Positions 24,459-37,899 of a DNA stretch of 64,000 nt are shown here, piece by piece; position 1 is the first letter of the stretch, and each line of letters begins with the position of its first letter. The stretch spans positions 13,394,001-13,458,000 of the forward strand of contig NC_086109.1 of assembly GCF_963921235.1 (NCBI RefSeq). Direction: 5' to 3'. A model generated the notes under the pieces. The model saw only the letters and a program-made list of their open reading frames with translations, was not told the origin of the DNA and searched no databases. Position numbers and translations under genes: made by a program. This DNA is from Mobula hypostoma. Taxonomy: Eukaryota.

Positions 24459-25102
24459 TATACTTTATACTTTAATGTCGCCAAACAATTGGTACTAGAA
24501 CGTACAGTCATCACAGCAATATTTGATTCTGCGCTTCACACTCCCTGGATTACAAATATTAAAGATATTAAAAATAGTTAGAAATAAGTAAATATTAAAA
24601 TTTTATATTATAACTCATAAATAGGAAGTAAGGTAGTGCAAAAAAAACCGAGAGGCAGGTCCAGATATCTGGAGGGTACGGCCCAGATCCGGGTCAGGAT
24701 CCCTTCAGCAGTCTTATCAAAGTTGGAAAGAAGCTGTTCCCAAATCTGGCCATACGAGTCTTCAAGCTCCTGAACCTTCTCCCGGGGGGAAGAGGGACAA
24801 AAAGTGTGTTGACTGGGTGGGTCGTGTCCTTGATTATCCTGGCAGCACTGCTCCGACAGCGTGCGGCGTAAAGTGAGTCCACGGACGGAAGATTGGTTTG
24901 TGTGATGCGCTGGGCTGTGTTCACGATCTTTTGCAGCTTCTTTCGGTCTTGGACAGGACAACTTCCATACCAGGTTGTGATGCACCCTAGAAGAATGCTT
25001 TCTACGGTGCATCTATAAAAATTAGTGAGGGTTTTAGGGGACAGGTCAAATTTCTTTAGTTTTCTCAGGAAGTAAAGGCGCTGCTGGGCCTTCTTGGCAG
25101 TG
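24459..25102 (-). mobile_element. Rex1/Babar-like LINE 3' fragment, left-arm specific
   Basis: LPPGRRFRSLKTRMARFGNSFFP; AATTT duplication (24454-24458, 25103-25107); absent from the right arm near 61775. Confidence 0.85.
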
Positions 25103-26998
25103 AATTTAATGCCTCTGCACTGTAATGCTGCTCTGAAATGATAAATTTCACCTTATACGTATAAGACAATGATAATAATCCTGATTCTGATTCTGATATC
25201 ATTTATAAAGAGGATCGCAGGGCATGCAAAGCCAGGATATAAAACCTGGTGACAACTTGTAAACACAGGAGATTCTGCAGATTCTGGCAATCCATAGTAA
25301 CACACACAAAATGCTGGAGGAACTCAGCAGGGTACGAAGCTTCTATGGAGAGTAACAAAGAACCGATGTTTCTGGCCAAAACGCTTCATCAGGGCTGGAA
25401 AGGAAGGGGGAAGAATCCAGAATAAAAAGCTGGGGGAGGGGAAGGAGTACAGGCTAGAAAGTGAAAGGTGAAACTAGTTTAGGGGGAAGTTGAGTGATAA
25501 ACTGAGAAGCTGGGAGGAGATAGGTAAAAAAGGTAAAGGACTAAAGAGGAAGGAATCTGCTGGGAGAGGAGAATGGATCATGGAAGAAAGGGAAGGAAGA
25601 GGGGCACCAAAGAGAGGTAATAGTCAGATGAGAAGTAGTAAGAGAACAGCTCATGTTAATCAGTGCTCCTTGAAATCTTCAGGATGAAATCAGAGAAAGC
25701 ATTAAATGGCCATCACCTGTATTAAAACATCATTAAATGTTCAAAGCAGGTCTCTTTTGTTGTAAAGTTCTGGCTAGTTCTATGTTCACAGGTCAGACCT
25801 CAATACCATCACAAAAGAGGCACATTTTGAGTCCTCTGCAATCAATGGTATGGTTGGAATTCATCAATGCGTCTGCTAAGAAGCTTTCAGACCAGCCAGC
25901 TGTATAGAATTTCCAAAGGGGTTTTGCTAGTTGGGATATGCTAACATTGTAAATACACAATTCTGCAGAACTACCTGTCCACATTCAAAGTGTTAAAGGT
26001 AGGTAGGTGATTATAGCCATTGAAACGGAAGTTAATCACTCATTATTCTCCTGATGTTTAGACCATGAGACTATAAGATATAGGAGCAGAATAAGGCCAC
26101 TTGGCCCATCAAGTCTGCTCTGCCATTTCATTCTGGCTGATCCATTTCCCTCTTAACCCCAGTCTCCTGTCTTCTCCCTGTAACCCTTCATTCCTTGACT
26201 AATCTAGAACCTATCAACCTCTGCCTTAATGACTTGGGTTCCACATCTGCCTGTGGCAACGAGTTCCACAGATTCCCCACTCTCTCACTAAAGAAATTCT
26301 TCCTGATCTTCATTCTAAATGGACATTGCTCTATTCTGAGGCTGTGTCCCTTGGTCTTAGTCTCCCCCACCATAGGAAACATCCTCTCCACATCCACTGT
26401 ATTGAGGACTTTCAACATTCAACAGGTTTCAATGTTTATACTTTAAAAAGAATTTACATTGTGTGAGGAGAGCAGAATTAGATTCTCTAGAAGGTCCGTA
26501 GTGTGAACAAATATCTCTCAAATCTTCTAACTACAGCTGTACGGCTCAGTTTAGTCAATCATACCAACTCCATCTGGCCATCACCAACAAATTCCTCTCA
26601 CTGGATCTCCTTCCCTAACTGTTCCCATCTGCCATCCACACCTCCGTCTCTAATGAAGGGTCATGATTTGAAATGTCAACTGTCCTTGTCTCTCCATAGT
26701 AGCTACCTGACTTGTTGAGTTTTAGTTGTAGTTTTCTGCTTCAGCTGCATTAGTTATCTTGCTGTCTGCTCGGATTTACCAGGCTAAACTGTACTGTCAC
26801 TACATTCTATGCAACCGAGCCATAACTAGCAACTCGAATCAGAATCAGAATCAGGTTTACTATCACCGGCATATGTCGTGAAATTTGTTAATTTTGCGGT
26901 AGCAGTACAGTGCAATACATGATAATAGAGAGAAAAAATGTGTATTAAATAGATAAATTAAAGTAGTGTAAAGAAATGTAATATAAAAAATAAAGTAG

Positions 26999-27488
26999 TG
27001 TCAGTATCTCCAGCTGAGCTTTGTCTTTTTGTGTGTTTCCCCCTACCTGTCAGTCTGTGGTTTTGTACTGCCATGAGCTCCTGTCCCCTCTCCTGCTCTA
27101 CACTGGCCCGTGTATTACTGAGTACCCTGTCTCTCATCTGTTTCTCATTATTACCTGTATTGCTGCCACCTGTATCTCATTGTGATCCACCTATCATCTG
27201 CCTCTCTGTTCAGTGTATTTCAGTCCTGTGTTTCCAACTGTTTGTTGCCAGATTGGGCCAGTGAATTTTCCTGAGTGGTTCAAGTGTTTGTATCTGTACT
27301 TTCTCTGTCTGTCTGAATATTGATTGGGCCTGTTTCCTGATTCTGGTTTTGGCTTTCTCTGGATGTTCTGACCTTTGTCTGAACTTTGATGCTGGCTTTG
27401 TTCACAACATGGGATTTGTTACTCAATTAATATCACTGTGTGCACAGTACTGGGTCTGCAATTGGCTCCCTGCTCCAGTGCCCTGACA
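26999..27488 (+). repeat. 5' LTR of the sushi-like element
   Basis: Matches 31727-31861 plus 36922-37251. Confidence 0.92.
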
Positions 27489-27504
27489 GCACAATCTGGC
27501 CAGA

Positions 27505-30500
27505 ATGGATCCAGCAGACCCTGGTTGTCTGAGAGCTGCCCTGGATTAACAGGGAGTGATGCTGGTGAGACCCCCGAACCAGCTGGACTCACTGTTCAGG
27601 GCAGTGGAGTTGCTTTCTGCTAGTACAGCTGATCTTGTGGCCCAGACTCTGTCACTCCAGCTGTCCCAGAATGTCATCAACATTTAGCGACTGCATCTTC
27701 CGCCCTGCCCCCCCGTGTCCTTGCATGCTCCTCCTATCCAAGAGCCCTGTCTGCCTCCTCCAGAAAATTACTGGGTGAACCCAGTACCTGCCGCTCTTTT
27801 CTTTCCCAGTGCACCCTCCGTTTTGAATTGCAACCAACAACATTTCCAACTGATCACACCAAGGTAGCTTGTCATCACCCAACTGTCTGGTCGGGTGAGA
27901 GAATGAGGAACAGCTGTCTGGGAGGCAGGCTCCCCTTTCTGCAGTAGTTTTCAGTTATTTTTTCAGGAGATGAGAAAAGTGTTTGATCGCTCCAAACATG
28001 AGAGAAGCGCTGCCCGTGAAATGCTGCACATCTGTGTCAGATTACGCCATAGAGTTCTGGACCCTAGTCACCTCCAGCGGCTGGAACTCAGAAGCACAGT
28101 GTGACACCTGTCTGAATGGCCTCTCCGAAGACATCAAAGATGAACTGGTCACCCAGGACCTTCCTGCCACCTTTGAAGCCCTGGTGGATTTGGCCATCGG
28201 CATTGATGTCTGCCTTCAGTAGTGCCCATAGGGGGAAGGGTTCCCTGGGGGTACTGGGTGAGTTCCAAGCTCCTAATCAGTCTACATTGCCCTGCTGTTT
28301 GCCTCCCGAGGTTATGCATGTTGACCGTATCTGCTTGTCGCCGACTAAAAGACAAAGGAGAATCAGCACCCGATCCTGTCTGTACTGTGGCCAACCAGGC
28401 CATTTCATCTCCACCTGCCCAGTAAAAGCCAGTGCTCACCAGTAGGACGTGGAGTACTGGTGAGCGTGACCCCTGGCCGGCCCTCCTCAACACCATTCAC
28501 TTTCATACCTGCTTCTCTGGAGTGGGGTGTCCAATGCCGAGCAGTCTCCATCTTGGTCGATTCTCTATTTTATTGATTCCAGTTTGGCTGCCCAGTGGGG
28601 ACTACCCACATCTGCTGTCCAGTCACCATTAATTGCCAACGCCTTGAACAGTCAGACTGGCTAACGTCACCCATGTCACAGCCCTGGTGAGTTTCACTTT
28701 ATCAGGCAACCATCCTGAACAGTTAACCCTTTGTTATTGACTCTCCTCAAGCTCCCACTGTCCTGGGCCATCCCTGGTTAGTCAGACACAACCCCCACAT
28801 TGACTGGCTCAGTCTCAAGATTGTAGGCTGGAGCCCATTCTGTCATTCCCACTGCCTCTGTTATGCTCAGATCCCCTTGTTTCCAAGCCCAGAAACCCCC
28901 TGATGAATTTCTGGACCTTAGTGCCATCCCTCCTGAATACATGAACCTCAAGGCTATGTTCAGCAAGTCCTGGGCCACTTCCCTGCCGCCTCATCATCCA
29001 TGATTGGGCCATTGACCTCTTGCCTGGAACATCTTCCCCCAAGGGGCCACCTGTATTCCTTGTCCGTACCTGAAACAGAAGCCATGAATAAGTACATTCA
29101 AGAATCTCTGTCTGCAGGCATCTTCTGGCCATCTTCTTCCCCTGCTGGTGCCAGTTTTTTCTTTGTTGAAAAGAAGGATGGCTCCTTGCGTCCATGCATT
29201 GATTACTGGGGACTGAAGGAAGTCACTGTTAAGAACTGTTGCTCTCTTTCACTCATGACCTCGGCATTTGAGCTACTACAAGGATCCTCAGTTTTCACCA
29301 AGCTTGGTCTCTCTGTAGTGCCTACCATCTTGACCGCATCCGTGAAGGAGACGACTGGAAGACAGCCTTCAACACCACGTCAGACCATTGCGAGTATCTG
29401 GTCTTGCCATTCCGTCTCACCGATGCTCCTGCTGTCTTCCAAGCCCTGGTAAATGACTTTCTCAGGGACATGCTGAACCAATTTGTTTTTGTGTATCTCG
29501 ACAACATTTTGATTTTTTTTTCTAAGTCCCTTGCTGAACACACAGGTCACGTCCGCAGAGTTCTCTGGCACCTTCTGGAGAACCAGCTCTTTGTGAAGGC
29601 TGAGAAATGAGTTTCATTGCAATAGTCTCCCTGAAATATGTAATTTCAAGCAGTTCCATTCAGATGGACCAAGAGAAGGTCAAGACGGTGGTCGAATGGC
29701 CCCAACACTTGACTTGTCGGGAGTTGCAACGCTTCTTGGGCTTTGCTAACTTCCATTGCCACTTCATCAGAAATTACAATACACTGGCTGCACCATTCAC
29801 TGCTCTTACCTCAACTGCTGTCAGATTCTCCTGGTCCCCTGCTGCTGAGAAAGCATTCTCTGACCTGAAGGAAAGTTTCACCTCTGCTCATCCTGATTCA
29901 ACCCGACCAGCAGTTCATTGTGGAGGTGGATGCATCTGACATTGGTGTAGCTGTTCTCTCTCAGCACTCGGCCAAGGATGAGAAGGTACACCCCTGCGCC
30001 GCCTTCTCTCACCGCCTCACTCCCACGGAGCGGAATTACGATGTCGGAAACTGGGAGCTGCTGGCTGTGAAGCTAGCTCTGAAGGAGCGGAGGCATTGGC
30101 TGGAGGAAGAAAAGGTGCCATTCTTAGTCTAGTCTGATCACAAGAGTCTGGAATATATCTGTATGGCCAAGCACCTCAACTCCCCTCAAGCTCGTTGGTC
30201 CCTGTTTTTCTCAAGATTCAATTTTACTCTGTCCTTCCGCCCCAGTTATAAGAATGGAAAACCTGATGCCCTCTCCTGAAGATTTCCTTCCTCAGACCCC
30301 TGAGGCACCCGAAGTCATCCTCCCTACTCTCTGTCTCGTGGGTGCAGTGCAATGGGACATTGAAACCATGGTGCAAGCTGCTCAACAGAGCGAGGCAGCC
30401 CCTCGTCAATGCCCTACTAACCATGTTTATGTTCCCAGCTCTGTCCGCTCACAGGTATTGCAGTGGGCTCGTTCTTCCCGGTTATCCTGTCACCCTGGAA

Positions 30501-31700
30501 CCAAGTGTACTCAAGCCTTCATCAGTCAGCGGTTCTCGTGGCCCTCCATGGGAAGTGACATCTGCAACTTTGTCTCAGCCTGCTTGGTTGGTGCTCAAGG
30601 CAAGAACTCTAACCGGTCACCTGCTGGTCTTTTACAACCCCTGTCTATCCCCAAGAGGGCCTGGTCCCACATTGCCCTGGACTTTGTCACCGATCTTCCC
30701 CCATCAGATGGTAACACCACAATTCTCACAGTAGTTGATAGTTTCTCTAAGTCTGTACACTTCATTCCTTTACCTGAACTCCCCTCGGCCAAAGAGACAG
30801 CCAGATTACTTGCACTACATGTTTTTAAATTACATGGTTTACCTGTAGATGTTGTGTCAGACAGGGGCCCTCAATTCACATCCAACTTCTGGAGGGCATT
30901 CTGTAATCTTCTGGATGCCTCCGTGAGTCTGGCTTCAGGATTCCACCCGCGGACCAATGGCCAGACCAAGTGGGCCAACAGCTGGAGACTGTATTGTGGT
31001 GTCTGGTCTCCCAGAACCCCTCTGCATGGAGTCAGCAGCCACCCTGGGCTGAGTACACCATAAACTCTTATCCACCCGCCTGTCCCCTTTTGAGTGCTGC
31101 CTTGGCTACCAACCTCCACTGTTTCCTGCCCAGGAGGAGGAGGTTGGCGTTCCATCTGCTGAGGCGTTCATCTGCCGTTGTCAGCGGATGTGCTCTGCCC
31201 TTCCCCATGCCTCTACTAGGATCAAGCATCAAGCTGACCACCATCACTCCAAGGCCCTGCCTTGAGGGACAGCGTGTGTGGCTTTCAACCCGAGACCTGC
31301 CCCTCAGGGTGGATTTCTGCAAGGTCACCCTTCGCTTCATCGGCCCCTTTCCCATTGCTAAAGTCATCAGCCCTGCTGCCGTCTGTCTCAAGCTTCCCTC
31401 CACTCTCCACCGCATTCATCCAACCTTCCATGTGTCCCATATCAAGCCTGTCATGAGCCACCCCCTGTGCCCTGTCCCCCAAACACCCCCTCCCTAACAG
31501 CTCATGGATGGGTCAGAGGCCTTCACGGTGCGTCGACTGCTGGACGTTCGTCACCAGAGCCGTGGCCTCCAGTACCTTGTGGACTGAGAGGGCTACAGTC
31601 CTGAGGAGAGGTACTGGGTCCCCACCCATAACATTCTGGACCCCTCTCAGGGACTTTCATCGCCAGCACCCAGCTCTTACCTGCTGTGACGCTAGGAGGT
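27505..31700 (+). pseudogene. gag-pol pseudogene (Gag zinc knuckle, RT, RNase H, integrase, chromodomain)
   Basis: MDPAD start, [65 protein letters not shown], and chromodomain FTVRRLLDVR..GLQYLVD; multiple stops and frameshifts. Confidence 0.92.
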
Positions 31701-32124
31701 GTCTATGGGGGGGGGTGGGGTGTTGCTGTCAGTGCCTCCAGTTGAACTGTCTTTTTGAGAGTTTTTTTTCCCCCACTAGCTGTCAGTCTGTGTTTTGTAT
31801 TGCCATGTGCTCCTGTCCCCGCTCCTGCTCTGCTCTCTGTATTACTGAGTACTCTGTCTCTGTCTGTCTGTATCTTGTTTTACGGCAGTCGGCATCCAGC
31901 TTAATGGTGCATTACCGCCACCCTCTGCTCCGGAATGTGCACAAGACATATACTCTAAATCCCTTCACCCAATCACGCGCGCGTACACACACTCACTCAC
32001 ACTCACCCTCACACTTTACCCTCCCATCTTTGACCATCCTAGTATCCTATTGCTGTTTATCCGTCATATCCTATAAAAACCCCTGTACCCCTTAAAAACA
32101 CTAAAAATACCCTGACGTGCTCTC

Positions 32125-35100
32125 TCACCCATACCCAGCAACCATTTTAATGTGAATTCCTGCACCCCTAACTCCTTTAATTGAATTCTCATCATCTCTC
32201 TGTATCCCATACTTCCTGCAACACAAAACTACATGTTCTACTGACTCCTCTTCCTGACATTCCTCACACAATCCTGTCTGGTGTTTCCCTATCATTTTCA
32301 ATGTTTTGTTTAATGCACAATGCCCCAGCCTTAACCTAGTCCACACAATTTCCTCTCTTCTGTTTCCATTACCTTCCCTAGTAACTGCAACACTTTTGTA
32401 TTTGATATAAATGCCTCCCTTTCCTCTCCCTGTCCCATCTTTCTTGCCACATTCGGTTGACTTTTTCCCAGATTACACACTTAACCTCTGCTTTACTGAT
32501 ACTAATGTGCATTTCCACATTTTCTTTCTTTAACGCCCTCTTTGCCAACTCATCCACCCTCTCATTCCCCTTCACCCTTACATGTGCTGGAACCCATAGA
32601 AATTTTACCTGACCTCCCTGATTTGCAATTCTTGTAACTAACTGAAGGACTTCATAAAGTACATCTTGCCGACAGTTTGTGTGAAAAGACCTTAAACCTG
32701 CTAGAACTGAGGATGAACCTGAACATAGCAATGCTTTGGTTTGTCTGGCTTTCTGCACCCATTGCAATGCAACCAACACTGCCAGCATCTCCACTGTAAA
32801 CACCCCTAACTTATTAGATGTTCTTCTGTTGATTCCAATTTCTTTTGCTGGTATAACCACCCCAAACCCTGTCACTTCTGTTTCAGGTTCCTTTGCACCA
32901 TCTGTATAAATGTGAGTATAATCACTATACTTTTCCATCACATGACAGTTAAATGCATTTACCAAATCTGTTTTATATCTTTCTTTCCTTTTTACCTCTA
33001 ACAAATGCCAGTCTATGTCAGGCCATACAAGCTTCCATGGAGCTACAACCGGATAAACTACTGAAGGACTTATCCTCAGATCAAACACTCCACATTCTTT
33101 CGCGATATCATTTCCTACCTGTCTAAAGGTATCCCTCTGAAACCTCCGGTTTTCCCAGCACTCCTGCAACACTCCTTTAGCAGGGTGAGAATCATTTTCG
33201 CCCTGCAAGTTAGCCCAGTAGTTTGCCATCAGTTGCATCCTTAGTTCCAAAGGCATTATTCCCATTTCTACCTGTAGAGCTGACACTGGTGACGTTTTAA
33301 AAGCCCCACTGCACACTCTCAAGGCCTGAGCCTGAATCACATCCAGTTTCCTTATAGGAGGCCTAGCTGCTGATCCATATACTATATTTCCATAGTCCAA
33401 TACAGATCTTACTAAAGCCACATACATTCTCTTCAAAACTGAACAACTTGCTCCCCATTCCTTACCAGTCAAACATCTCATCACATTTATTACTTTTTTA
33501 CATTTCTCCTCAACTTTCCTGATATGGTCTGCCCATGTTAATCGTGAATCAAATATAACACCCAAAAATTTAAATGATGCAACCCTTTCTAATTCAACCC
33601 ATACATCCTTAACTTCTTCCCTACCTCAACCCTTTTCCCGGTAAAAAACAGTGCCATTTCCCACTATGTACTGTTTTGATAATTCTGATCCAATCCGAAC
33701 TTGAATTTTTCTACCAAACAAAAAATCTTTAATCCAATTAAAAACTCTCCCACCAACCCCCATCTTGTGCAGTTTAATTAATAATCCTTCCTTCCACATC
33801 ATATCATAGGCTTTTTCAATCTCAAAGAACACTGCCACTACTGACTCTCTATTTGCCTGGGCCTTCCTTATTTCAGTCTCTAACATTATCACTGAGTCCA
33901 TGGAATTCCTTCCCTTTCTAAAACCACTCTGATAACTTGCCAGCATTACCCTTTTTTCAAGCTCATACGATAGTGGGTTTTGACAGATCCTTGCCAGGCT
34001 TCCTTATTGGAATTACTACTGCTTCTTTCCATGCACTTGGTAATCTTCCCTCCTCCCACACTCTGTTATAAAAAATGCAGCAACTTCAAGAGCGCTCCCT
34101 CTCCTAGATTTTTTAGCATCACAGAGCATATCAGATCTTTCCCTGGGGAGGTTGGTCTCGATCTCTTTATTGCTCTCACCATTTCTGCTAATGTAAATGG
34201 ATCATCAATTATATCATCTGTTCCTTCCCTCCTGCTTAACACACCTGGGTGTTGGCTCATTATTCTTTCCCTTCTTCTTCTCCCTTCTTCAGACAAATTT
34301 TCTGAACTGTGTATCAGTACAAATGACTTGGCCATGACCTCAGCCTTATCCCTACTGGAGACTGCAGTTTCCTCCTCAGATATCATTACTGGATATTCCC
34401 ATTCCCTTCTATCTCCTCCCATCCTCTTAATCATTCCCCATATCTCTCCCACAGGTGTTGTTCTTCCTACCTTGTCGCAAAAACTCCTCCAACTTGCCCT
34501 TTTAGCTTGACGTATAGTTCTTCTCACCACTGCCTGTGCTTTCTTATATTGAACCAAATGCTGCATATTATGGGTTCTTTCAACTAGCCTGAATGCTCTA
34601 TTTCTGTTTTTTACAGCCTGACAACATTCCTCTGTCCACCATGGTACCAGTTTTCCATTCATCCTATTTTTACTCCTGGGTATAGATCCTTCTGCTGCCA
34701 TGATAATTGCTGAAGTCACCTGACTGTTTAATTCATCTACATTTCCAGAAATATCAATCTTTGTCAACCCTTCTTCACTCAACTTCTGGAACTTATACTT
34801 TGCAGTTCCGCCACCTGGTCTTACTTCAACTCTTTCACCCACTGAACATAAAACTGGGTAGTGATCACTGCCTACTGTTGAAGCAGTCCAAACTCCCCAG
34901 TTACTAATGCCAGCCAAGGTATTAGACACTAACGTAATATCTAACACTGACTCAGTTCCTGTTGTTATATCTATCCTTGTGCCTCTACCATCATTCATAC
35001 ACACCAAATCCCTTTCTTCCATCAAATCTTCAATTACCTTTCCATTTGGATCTGTAATCTGATCCCCCCATATTGTGCTATGAGCATTGAAATCTGCACA

Positions 35101-35506
35101 CCACACTACTTTGTCTGTTTTGTCCTTGTATCTTTAATAGGCTGTCCAAATCCAACCTTTTACATAGATTGTAGTAGTTAACTATAACCACTCCCTCCCC
35201 TCTCTCCCACACTTCCACCTCTATGTATTCCTGATCATCTCCTTTTTCCAGTACCCTATATGGTATACCTTGCTTGATTAACATAGCACAACCCCCTCAT
35301 CCCCCTAGATTTCCATCTTTCCTTATCATTGTATACCCATATACCACAAAGTCTAAAGTTGGTTTCAACCCAGTTTCCTGAATACACATTACATCCAGCT
35401 TTACAACCATTTCTTTAATAAAGTGCTTGAATTCCTGGCTATTGACCAGTAAGCTCCTTGCATTCCATTGTAAAAGAATCACCATAATTAGTATTAACCA
35501 ACACAT
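32125..35506 (-). pseudogene. ORF2 (endonuclease-RT-RNase H) of the I/Nimb LINE
   Basis: LQWNARSL, CIQET, DFNAH, GSDHYP, QSGFRKGR, IEKAYD, IYTDGAK, WVPAHVRVKGNERVDELAK, RLRLGH; frameshifted, RT core missing. Confidence 0.9.
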
Positions 35507-36662
35507 GACACTTCCTGGCTTGACTGATTAGTGAGGTTCTCCCTCACTTCCTCCCATGTCAGTCCTACTAACCCTAAATGGTTTACTGCTGCTTTGACCA
35601 CCAGCTGAATTTTGTCAGTTTTTGACTTTACCTCAGCCGTACTATTAATCACTCCTGCAGTGAATGTTACTAGAGCCTTTTCGTCTACATAAATCCTGTC
35701 AATTGTCCTTTATTGCATCTCTCGTATCCCTATTGCTCCCTGTTCATTAGGAGCATTATTCTGTTCTCTTGACATTCTTACAGCTTCTGCATAAGTGATC
35801 TTTCTTTTCACTCTTATTTCTTGAATTTTAGTCTCCCGTCTGACAACCTCACACCCACTATATGCAACATTATGAGCTCCTCCACAATTGCAGCATTTTG
35901 GTTGAACTCCTGTTCCGCACTTTCCATATTTATGATCACCCCCACATCTAGCACATCTCCTCTGCCTTTTACAGTTTTTAGCCACGTGTCCAAACCTTTG
36001 ACAATTATAGCACCTCAGTGGCTTTGGCACATACACCCTTACTGGGTAACTCATGAAACCCAGGAGCACCTTCCTTGGCACTCTTTCTTCTTCAAATTCA
36101 ATCAATACTGATTCACTTTCCTTTTTCACTCCCTCCTTTGTTGTTTTCAGTCTTTGAACATTCATTACTTTCCCTCCTTTGATATTCCTCTTTAACTCCT
36201 GCATATTTATACTCATTGGTATCCCCGTGATCACTCCTTTACAACCACTATATTGTGCTCCCACCCTCCCAGTGTATTCCACCTTGCATTTTCCTACTCT
36301 TTTATCTTGAGTGCTTTCTCAAGTTGTTCCTCATTCACACATCTTACCAATAAGTTGCCATCATTAAGAACTTCTGCAAATACTATTTCCCCTATCTTAT
36401 TTGCCAGAGTTGTTGTTAGCACAAACAGGTTAATTTTCTTCACATGTCCCTGAGCCTTCTCATTAAACCTAATTATGACAACACCTCCTCTCTGAGCTTG
36501 TTCATCTTCCTCACTTTCAGAGCTTTCTCCACTATCATTTCTTATTCTTTTATTCCCTTTGTCTTGGTTTTTATTCATCCAACCCCTCACTATCTCCTCA
36601 TTCCCTTTATTTCTCCCTTCACAATAATCCACCTCTCCCCAGCTGCCTACCTCTGGTCCCAA
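35494..36662 (-). pseudogene. ORF1 (Gag-like, triple CCHC) of the I/Nimb LINE
   Basis: PKPLRCYNCQRFGHVAKNC, CARCGGDHKYGKC, CCNCGGAHNVAYSGC; broken by a frameshift and a stop. Confidence 0.88.
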
Positions 36663-37899
36663 GTCTCTATCCCTCTCCTTCTCTACTTTCTTTCCCTCAA
36701 CCCCCCCCCCCCATTATCTTGTCCACTATTACCAGACCCACACAACCCCCTCCCAGCAATTTCCATTCCTTCCCCACTCTCTTTCCCTCAACAGGTTCCA
36801 AACCACATTCACACATCAAGCAAAACACAGCCAGCTTCCAGTCACACCAACTCCCTCTCACCCAACAGCAGCCTTTCATTACTCTTCCACCCAACTCAAC
36901 CACCTTAAGTACTCTGTCTCTCATCTGTTTCTCATTATTACCTGTACTGCTGCCACTTCTGTCTCATTGTGCTCCACCTATCATCTGCCTCTCTTTATTA
37001 CTCTGTGAATTTCAGTCCTGTGTTTTCACCTGTTTGTTGCCAGATTGGGCCAGTGAATTTTCCTGAGCCTTTCCAGCATTTGTATCTGTACTCTGTCCGC
37101 CTGAATATTGACTCTGCCTGTTCTGATTTTTAGAGATCTCTGGCTGTACTTTGACGCTGACTTTGTTTACACCTTGGGATTTGTTACTCAATTAACGTCA
37201 CTGTGCACAGTACTGGGTCTGCGATGGGATCCCTGCTCCAGCGCCCTGACAAGCGGTGAGGTCCATTAAAAATCAGATGGCAGAGGGGTAGAAACTGTAC
37301 CTGAATTGTTGAGTGTGTGCCTTCAGGTTCCTATACCTCCTTCCTGATGTTAGAGATAAGAAGAGGACTTCTTACTGAAGTTCAACAATAAGAACTTCAT
37401 CTCTTCCAAATGTGCGGCTGTTTTTTATGAGTCATAGCTCGGTGGCATTTTGCCTGAACATTATCAGTGGCACGCTCAGCTGATGAAACTAATCAAGAAC
37501 AATAAACGGGTAATTTTTTCCCTTTGTTTCCCTCTATTGAGGATGTATTTTAATGCCAAAACCAGGGAAGGTCACAAATGCAAAGTAAAGACTTTATATT
37601 CTAAGAGTACCAACACTGTCTCCTGCCGATTTATAACGCAACGAGTGAAAGCAACACTGAGTCGAGCAGGGTCTGGTTGATCTGTTTACTGTTTCAATCT
37701 GCGCGCGCTTAAGTGCCCGCTCCCAGCATCCCCCGCTCTTTGAGGGGCGGAAGTGATGTCGGCTTCCGGGCCGAGGTCTGCCCCGCACTCAGAGGCCTCT
37801 TGGTTGCCGCTGGCTGCAGACTCGCCCGCGACTGCTGGAGCCGGTTCGCTTGCCACGTGGGCGAGCCGCCACATGCCCCCCCCCCCCGGCCCTCCAAGA

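Larger units (their letters stand above)
31862..36907 (-). mobile_element. Near full-length I-group (Nimb-like) LINE inserted in the Gypsy 3' LTR
   Basis: 14-bp target duplication AGTACTCTGTCTCT (31848-31861, 36908-36921), (AGAC)n tail, ORF1 with three zinc knuckles, ORF2 with endonuclease, RT and RNase H. Confidence 0.92.
26999..37251 (+). mobile_element. Ty3/Gypsy chromovirus (sushi-like) LTR retrotransposon, full-length but decayed
   Basis: TGTCA...TGACA LTRs (26999-27488; 31727-37251, split), polypurine tract at about 31707-31720, decayed 5-bp flanks AGTAG/AGCGG, empty site at 59861-59865. Confidence 0.93.

Noticed and set aside
25792..25998. Exon-like segment duplicated in both arms (partner about 60880-61090)
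   Set aside because: All three frames have stops in the left-arm copy, and the longest frame also stops in the right-arm copy; no recognisable protein.
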